From: an uncultured Rhodopirellula sp.
Lineage (GTDB): Bacteria; Planctomycetota; Planctomycetia; Pirellulales; Pirellulaceae
NCBI GenBank assembly: GCA_964007735.1
Contig: CAXGAI010000009.1
Coordinates: 1-64,000, forward strand
Length of the DNA: 64,000 bases
Direction of reading: 5' to 3'
Under the pieces are notes generated by a model. That model made no database searches. It was not told the DNA's origin and was given only the letters and a program-made list of their open reading frames with translations. Positions 57,988 to 64,000 of the stretch are shown here, piece by piece (the first letter of the stretch is position 1; each line of letters opens with the position of its first letter). Both the position numbers and the translations under genes were made by a program.

Positions 57988-60900
57988 GTGTTGCATCAGG
58001 CTCGTCCCAACTTCAAATCGTCTCTACTTGTTATGTCAAGTTCAACTGACATAGTAAATATCGTTGCGCGGCTTGTTGTTATCACTGCCTTATTTTTGTT
58101 TGGCAGCCTCTCTAACAATCAGGTTCAAGCACAACAGATCGAATTTGCCGATCAGGATATTCAAACACCAATACTGATCACTGGGCAGCAAGGGAACTTT
58201 TGGAATCAGGGGCATTACGAAATCTGGGAAGTAGAACAATGTGTCATTCGTCACGGGTTATTCTCTGCTACCAGTAATCGAGCGATCATCTGGATTGACC
58301 GAGCATCGGCATCGTCCAGAGCGCCCCACAAAGTGATCGCATATCTCGAGGGCTCAGACGTCGAAATTCAACGGCAATCGATTAGGGGATTCGATCAACA
58401 GAACCAACCGATTCGTACCGAAAGTATCATTCAGGACAAGCAATGGATTGGTCGTCTTTACACATTCACTAATGTTTCAATCAACATCCAGAATCAACAA
58501 AGAACGGGCCGTGCCCCATCCAGTCTATTTCAAAGAGCGAGTCAGGCGCGCCAAGAGATTGCACGACGCTCTCTGCAGCAAGCTGATCCAAATGTACGCC
58601 CCGCAACCTTTCAGAGTTCCACTATCAATAGTGATGGAGCCGAAAATCGCAGCAACGAAGTATCGCTTGGTGATCATCGTTTAAAGATACAGGGCCGTAG
58701 TAATGTCGACTGGAGCTTACATATTGACAGCGCACCCGATGGCAGAGGAACAATAGCTGTCGCCAAGTCAGGTATCCGAGCGACGATCGAAGGATTTCAG
58801 GCTCCCGCTACTGGTGACTCAGGGGCAATGACAATAGAAACCGACAACATGGTGGTTTGGGGACCCGCCGTAGCCCAATTACAAGGCGGGGAAGTCACTG
58901 ACAGAGATGCTCCACTGGAACTCTATTTAGAAGGAAACATTATTTTCCGACAGGGAGATCGGGTGATCTATGCAGATCGTATGTATTACAACGTAACGGA
59001 AGAGTACGGAATGATTCTCAGTGCAGAGGTTCTAACTCCGGTCGCAGAGTACGAAGGGTTGCTACGAGTCAAAGCGGATGTACTACAGCAGGTCAACAAA
59101 CAGAAATTTCTGGCTTACGGAGCAGCCATTACCTCCAGTCGCATGGGGATTCCAACGTATTGGTTTCAATCCGATGAAATTGAAATCAACGATCAACTGG
59201 TAAAACAAATCGACCCTCTCACCGGCCAGCAACGACGTGACCCGAAAACAAACGAGCTAGTTTATAACCATAACATCACCGCTGAAAGTCAAAACAACTT
59301 TCTGTTCGTAGGTGGCGTACCGATTTTCTACTGGCCCGTGATGGCAACTCGGCTTGATTCCCCAGCCTTTTATCTGGATCGTGTTCGCTTTAAAAGTGAC
59401 CGAGTCTATGGTCAGCAGTTACTGATCGACTGGAATGCATTCCAATTGTTCAATGTGGAAGATCCACCACAGAACACCAAGTGGTCACTCTCCGCCGATT
59501 TTATGAGCGAACGAGGCGTTGGTATCGGGACGCTATATGACTATCAGCGCGACGACATGTTTAATCTTCCCGGTTTAGCTAAGGGGCTGTTTGACGCCTG
59601 GGGCCTACAAGACTCCGGACTCGATAATCTTGGGAGAGACCGACGGGCCCTGGATCCTGAAAAAGATTTCCGAGGACGTATCTTTTGGAATCACCGTCAA
59701 TTGCTTGGTGACGGTTACCAGTTAACAGGTGAGGTCGGTATCGTCTCTGATCGCAATTTCCTGGAACAATATTACGAACGTGAGTGGGATGAAGATAAAG
59801 ACCAAATCACCGGATTGGAACTCAAACGCATTACTGAGAATATGTCCTGGGGGATCGACACCAATATTCGCACCAACAATTTCCACACACAGACAGACTG
59901 GCTTCCTCGTTTCACTCATGACTGGCTCGGCAAATCTCTTTTTGCCGATCGTTTAACTTGGTATGAGCACACGCATGTTGGATATGCGAAACTCAAAACT
60001 GCCGATGCTCCGGACGACCCTGGCGAATTGGCTAAGTTTGATTTAATGGCCGGGGAAGAACAGCTCTACAATGGATTGCGCGCTGCCTCCCGACAGGAAA
60101 TTGACATGCCGATGCAATGGGGGGCTGTCAAAGTTGTTCCTTACATGCTTGGTGAAGTGGCCTACTGGGGCGAAGACATCAATCATCAATCAGCCACCAG
60201 GACGTACGGCCAACTTGGTCTCCGTGCGAACCTTCCAATGACTCGAACAGACCCGAATATTAAGAGCAAACTATTTAACGTCAACGGCGTCTCCCACAAA
60301 ATCAACTGGACGATGGATGCCTACTGGGCTGACGCCAGTGAAGAAATGACGATGTTCCCGCGATATGACGCCTTGGATGATGATGCTCAGGAACACTTCC
60401 GACGTCGATTCTTTTTTGACACCTTTGGAGGTCTGGCCGGACAAAATATCGGTGCCAAATGGGATGAACGCTTTTTTGCCTATCGCACGAACATGCAGGG
60501 ATTAGTGACCTCTCCCGCCACAGAAATTGCGGATGATACCATGGCCTTTCGACTGGCCACCGAACAACGTTGGCAAACTAAACGTGGGCTGCCAGGCAAA
60601 GAACACATCGTCGACTGGATGGTGCTACATGCTCAAATGGTTCTCTTCCCGGATAGGGACGATAATCATGGACAGCATGCAGGGTTATTCGATTACGATT
60701 ATCGGTGGCATGTTGGTGATCGATTCACCGTGCTATCCGATGGCTATTTTGACTTCTTCAATGAAGGCTTGAGAACCGCCAGCGTGGGCGGTGTTATTAG
60801 TCGACCCGATACAGGGCGATTCTATCTGGGTTACCGCATGATTGATGGACCTATCTCCAGTCATATTGTGAACGCAGCACTAAGTTATAAAATGAGTCAG

Positions 60901-61140
60901 AAGTGGATTGGCATTTTAGGCTCCTCTTTTGACCTCGGCGACTCCGGAAATATTGGGCAAAGTCTGTCGATGGTTCGTATTGGCGAGTCATTGCTGATAC
61001 GCGTTGGAGTCAATTATGATGAAAGCCGTGACAATTTCGGAGTTCAACTCTCGGTCGAACCGCGATTCCTCGCCAACAGCCGTATTGCTCGTCGTACCGG
61101 GGTAGATATTCGACCATCGGGTGCATACGGTTTTGAGTAA
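57988..61140 (+). CDS. lptD: LPS-assembly protein LptD/OstA
   Basis: YLEGNI..RQGDRVIYADRMYY, GVPIFYWP, SDRNFLEQY and a C-terminal beta-barrel. Alternative start at 58033. Confidence 0.82.
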   Translation: MLHQARPNFKSSLLVMSSSTDIVNIVARLVVITALFLFGSLSNNQVQAQQIEFADQDIQTPILITGQQGNFWNQGHYEIWEVEQCVIRHGLFSATSNRAIIWIDRASASSRAPHKVIAYLEGSDVEIQRQSIRGFDQQNQPIRTESIIQDKQWIGRLYTFTNVSINIQNQQRTGRAPSSLFQRASQARQEIARRSLQQADPNVRPATFQSSTINSDGAENRSNEVSLGDHRLKIQGRSNVDWSLHIDSAPDGRGTIAVAKSGIRATIEGFQAPATGDSGAMTIETDNMVVWGPAVAQLQGGEVTDRDAPLELYLEGNIIFRQGDRVIYADRMYYNVTEEYGMILSAEVLTPVAEYEGLLRVKADVLQQVNKQKFLAYGAAITSSRMGIPTYWFQSDEIEINDQLVKQIDPLTGQQRRDPKTNELVYNHNITAESQNNFLFVGGVPIFYWPVMATRLDSPAFYLDRVRFKSDRVYGQQLLIDWNAFQLFNVEDPPQNTKWSLSADFMSERGVGIGTLYDYQRDDMFNLPGLAKGLFDAWGLQDSGLDNLGRDRRALDPEKDFRGRIFWNHRQLLGDGYQLTGEVGIVSDRNFLEQYYEREWDEDKDQITGLELKRITENMSWGIDTNIRTNNFHTQTDWLPRFTHDWLGKSLFADRLTWYEHTHVGYAKLKTADAPDDPGELAKFDLMAGEEQLYNGLRAASRQEIDMPMQWGAVKVVPYMLGEVAYWGEDINHQSATRTYGQLGLRANLPMTRTDPNIKSKLFNVNGVSHKINWTMDAYWADASEEMTMFPRYDALDDDAQEHFRRRFFFDTFGGLAGQNIGAKWDERFFAYRTNMQGLVTSPATEIADDTMAFRLATEQRWQTKRGLPGKEHIVDWMVLHAQMVLFPDRDDNHGQHAGLFDYDYRWHVGDRFTVLSDGYFDFFNEGLRTASVGGVISRPDTGRFYLGYRMIDGPISSHIVNAALSYKMSQKWIGILGSSFDLGDSGNIGQSLSMVRIGESLLIRVGVNYDESRDNFGVQLSVEPRFLANSRIARRTGVDIRPSGAYGFE

Positions 61141-61188
61141 ACTGTTGGCAGGAGTACTGAGCCAGTTTTCGTACAACGAGTAATATCA

Positions 61189-62220
61189 ATGCAACGATTT
61201 CCAAAACGAATTACAATTTTCGTACTTTTCCTGCTAACTGCCAGCCTGATGGACTCCGTTCTGGATGCCGCCCCACGGCGACCCAAATACACTCGCCCGA
61301 AACCAAAACGCAACGACACGCTTGTGGTAGATGCAAAGCCCCGAAAGCCTGTGGGGCCACGTAAAACAGTGGCCGTCTGGCCTAAATACCAACCAGGATT
61401 CAAATTCCCGGGGGTGGATGAATTAGTCATCGATGAACTCGTAAATTCCGAAGCATTTACTGTGGTTGAACGCCTCAACATCCAGGCATTGGAGACCGAA
61501 GCCAACATGTTCGAAAATGTTCGGCACATCGGAGCACAACTGATCTTTGAAGTTGTGGTGACCGATGTAGCTCAGCGAACGAGCCAGGGATTACAATTTG
61601 GATTAGGTGAACTGGGTCTCGGAGGAGATGGCTTTGACGTACTCGTTGGCACAAGCCGCACAACAGCCCGAGCAACCGTTCTGATACGCGTGATCGAAAC
61701 TAGTTCCGGCAAGATTCTTGCTTCGCAGCGATCTGATGGAACCTCTGTGGGTTCAGGATTAAACCTGGGTTTTGCTTATCAGGATGCCAAGCCAAACAAA
61801 TTGGAAGGCTTCGATATCAATTTTGGAAAGATCGAAGACACCTCCGTTGGCAAGGCAGTTGCTAAAGCCGTCAAGCTAGCAGTCACTCGCACCGCAAATA
61901 AAGTGAACTCTCATCCCTGGGAAGCTCGGGTAGCCGATTTGGATGCCGAGTTTGTTTACTTAAACGCGGGTACCAATGCGGGGCTAACGGTAGGCTCCCA
62001 ACTTCTCTGTAACAAATTGGGTAAGACTATTTCAGATCCACAAACAGGGGAAGTGTTGGATGTCGTAACAATCCCAGTCTGTATGTTGGAAGTGGTCAGT
62101 ATTAAAGAAAGAATCGCCGTCTGCAAGATCATGGACGGCGGAGATGCGTCAGCTATCGAGAAGAATATGATCGTCACTCTAAAAAACAACGAGTCACCCG
62201 ATAGGAACATTATTCCATGA
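61189..62220 (+). CDS. CsgG/HfaB-like protein with FlgT-C-like domain
   Basis: GPRKTVAV, FTVVER, RVIETSSGKILAS and C-terminal VYLNAG..AGL...DPQTGEVL. Confidence 0.72.
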   Translation: MQRFPKRITIFVLFLLTASLMDSVLDAAPRRPKYTRPKPKRNDTLVVDAKPRKPVGPRKTVAVWPKYQPGFKFPGVDELVIDELVNSEAFTVVERLNIQALETEANMFENVRHIGAQLIFEVVVTDVAQRTSQGLQFGLGELGLGGDGFDVLVGTSRTTARATVLIRVIETSSGKILASQRSDGTSVGSGLNLGFAYQDAKPNKLEGFDINFGKIEDTSVGKAVAKAVKLAVTRTANKVNSHPWEARVADLDAEFVYLNAGTNAGLTVGSQLLCNKLGKTISDPQTGEVLDVVTIPVCMLEVVSIKERIAVCKIMDGGDASAIEKNMIVTLKNNESPDRNIIP

Positions 62221-62708
62221 CAACGCTACGAATTACAGGTCTGGTTGCCAGTGAATTATCACTGGCCTTTGACGAATTTGGCCAGGTACCCACAGAACAT
62301 CAGATAGATGATATTGCTGCAGTTATGTCCGGGCGTGATGGTCAGGCGATCACCCTTCAGGGTCTGGTGGCCTTATGCCAGCCTTCTGAAGAGGCTCAGT
62401 ATCTAGGACTCCACGGAAGCCTGGATAATTTCCATGCAAGCATTCCTCTGGATGCCGTGTTAGATCGCGGGCTAATTCAATATGCCAAAGATGGTCGGGC
62501 ACTCGATGTAAAGGCCGGTGGCCCCTATCGATTCCTGATCCCTGATCATGCTGCCTGTAACACCGATGATATTGATGAATGTGCAAATGTTAAATTTCTC
62601 GATCATATCGAATTTACAGCAACACGCGGATTCGATAACCGTCCTGAAGATGAAGATGAACACGCCGCATTGCATGCTAAAGAACACGGACACGATCACG
62701 AGCATTAA
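62217..62708 (+). CDS. Molybdopterin-oxidoreductase-like small protein with His-rich tail
   Basis: LRITGLV...L, GGPYRFLIP and NVKFLDHIE pattern; ATGA overlap with the upstream gene. Confidence 0.65.
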   Translation: MTTLRITGLVASELSLAFDEFGQVPTEHQIDDIAAVMSGRDGQAITLQGLVALCQPSEEAQYLGLHGSLDNFHASIPLDAVLDRGLIQYAKDGRALDVKAGGPYRFLIPDHAACNTDDIDECANVKFLDHIEFTATRGFDNRPEDEDEHAALHAKEHGHDHEH

Positions 62709-62809
62709 TCTCTTTCTGGTGGAAATCTATCCAACATCGTCGGAGAGAAGGACCCATCCGAAAAGTTGCGTTGTGGCGCAATCGGGATCACCAAAGCACC
62801 CAACATAGA

Positions 62810-62837
62810 ATAAGCCTCCGAAACAACGGAGGCTTAT
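62810..62837. terminator. Terminator hairpin between convergent genes
   Basis: ATAAGCCTCCG-AAACAA-CGGAGGCTTAT, an 11-bp perfect stem. Confidence 0.75.
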
Positions 62838-62868
62838 ATAAACTTTTTAGATCTGATGCCTGGCAAGC

Positions 62869-63180
62869 TTAGCCTGAGATCTTAGATACACGAATACGAG
62901 TGTACCGTTGACGGTGACCGGTACGACGTTTTGAATCTTTACGCCGACGGAATTTCTGCACGTAGATTTTGTCACCTTTAACTTCCGCAAGAACTTCAGC
63001 CGTCACGGAAGCGCCTTCAACGACAGGCTGACCGACCTTTACTCCATCATCACCTGATACAGCCAAAACCTGATCAAAAGTGATTTCGTCACCAGAGCCT
63101 GCATCTCGCAGATCAATATCCAGTTCCTGACCTTCTTCTACTTTGTACTGACGTCCACCGTCGGCAATGATTGCGTACAT
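62869..63180 (-). CDS. rplU: 50S ribosomal protein L21
   Basis: MYAIIADGGRQYKV...GHRQRYT. Confidence 0.96.
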   Translation of the reverse strand: MYAIIADGGRQYKVEEGQELDIDLRDAGSGDEITFDQVLAVSGDDGVKVGQPVVEGASVTAEVLAEVKGDKIYVQKFRRRKDSKRRTGHRQRYTRIRVSKISG

Positions 63181-63420
63181 GGTATTTATCTGTGTTGAAT
63201 AAACGGTTAACAGTTTTTGTTTTTCTAAAAGTTTCAGCGAAAGCTTTAATAATCTCGCTGAGACAGTCACCCATTCTCAGGTGATCGTACTCAACAGCTT
63301 CGTTAAAACATACCTAGCGAACTATTAAAAATATCTCAAAACCCAGACTTCGTCGAGGGGCTAACTTGGGAATCCCCTCAACTTTCCACGAAGTCTATCG
63401 CCGACTTATAATCTCAAATA

Positions 63421-64000
63421 CTAGACTTTGACATGTTTTCCATCTGAATTACGGAAGTCCATCTCAAGATGTTCCGGGTACAATCCTTCGTTACTCAGAA
63501 CCTGGACGACCATACCTCCTTCTTCTTCAAGTTTCATGATTTCGCGTCGTTTCTTATTATTCAGATAAGCTGCAACACTCTCATGAACTCGAACAGTAAC
63601 CCTAGCTATTTGTTTTCGTCGACAGGCTAGCATCAACTTACGAACCACTTCAATCGCCATACTTTCCGCAGTCTTCACAAGACCTCGACCACCACAACAA
63701 GGGCAATCATCGTAGACACTACGTTTTAAACTAGGACGAATTCGCTGCCGCGTCATCTCAATTAATCCAAACGGACTGGTTCGCAGGATTTTTGTACGAG
63801 CACGATCGCGCCCCATGGCATCACGCAAAGCCCGTTCCACGCCCCGACGATGTCTCTCTTTGCGCATATCAATAAAGTCATTAACAATCACACCGCCAAG
63901 GTCACGCAATCGTAGCTGTCGAGCAATTTCTTTCGCGGCCTGCAGATTCATCTGATAGGCCGTTTCTTCCGCATCGGCATCCGTCTTTCGGAAATTACCA
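63421..64000 (-). CDS. RNase E/G family ribonuclease, C-terminal part (5' end outside the window)
   Basis: QLRLRDLGGVIVNDFIDM, FGLIEMTRQR and CPCCGGRG motifs; the frame is open to the window edge. Confidence 0.92.
   Translation of the reverse strand, partial: GNFRKTDADAEETAYQMNLQAAKEIARQLRLRDLGGVIVNDFIDMRKERHRRGVERALRDAMGRDRARTKILRTSPFGLIEMTRQRIRPSLKRSVYDDCPCCGGRGLVKTAESMAIEVVRKLMLACRRKQIARVTVRVHESVAAYLNNKKRREIMKLEEEGGMVVQVLSNEGLYPEHLEMDFRNSDGKHVKV

Noticed and set aside
1..64000. Mobile elements, prophage, defence systems, rRNA/tRNA or pseudogenes
   Set aside because: No transposase, integrase, phage, cas or restriction-modification motifs, no RNA gene signatures and no evident frameshifts were seen by eye.

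Overview
This is a gene-dense bacterial core-chromosome segment with about 55 intact CDSs. The gene inventory points to a Planctomycete (Pirellulaceae-like); that assignment is inferred from a HemD-HemE fusion, paired PQQ/BamB-like lipoproteins, a MoxR-DUF58-BatA-DUF4159 locus and Lys-rich histone-like proteins. Envelope genes include lpxB, mlaEFD, one lptF/G, lptD and a CsgG-like gene. Proteostasis genes include clpC, an M50 protease, two M20 peptidases and MoxR. Regulators include lexA, a sigma54 two-component pair, an ECF sigma/anti-sigma module, a PP2C phosphatase and a BRCT-MerR-TPR protein. Cofactor genes are thiE, hemD-hemE, moaB/mogA and a lipoate ligase; rlmN, rplU and a partial RNase E/G are also present. 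I found no rRNA, tRNA, CRISPR array, transposase, integrase or prophage, and I cannot claim a clearly new system. The best leads are: (i) GGA-loop hairpin clusters resembling CsrA/RsmA sites in two leaders; (ii) a candidate LexA box; (iii) a perfect operator-like palindrome on the lptD promoter; (iv) EF-hand-like insertions in three envelope proteins; (v) a KKKVA tandem-repeat histone-like gene missed by the ORF track; (vi) thiE-CYTH coupling; (vii) the MoxR/vWA-DUF4159 locus; and (viii) the BRCT-MerR-TPR protein. Family assignments come from motif recognition only; no searches were run.
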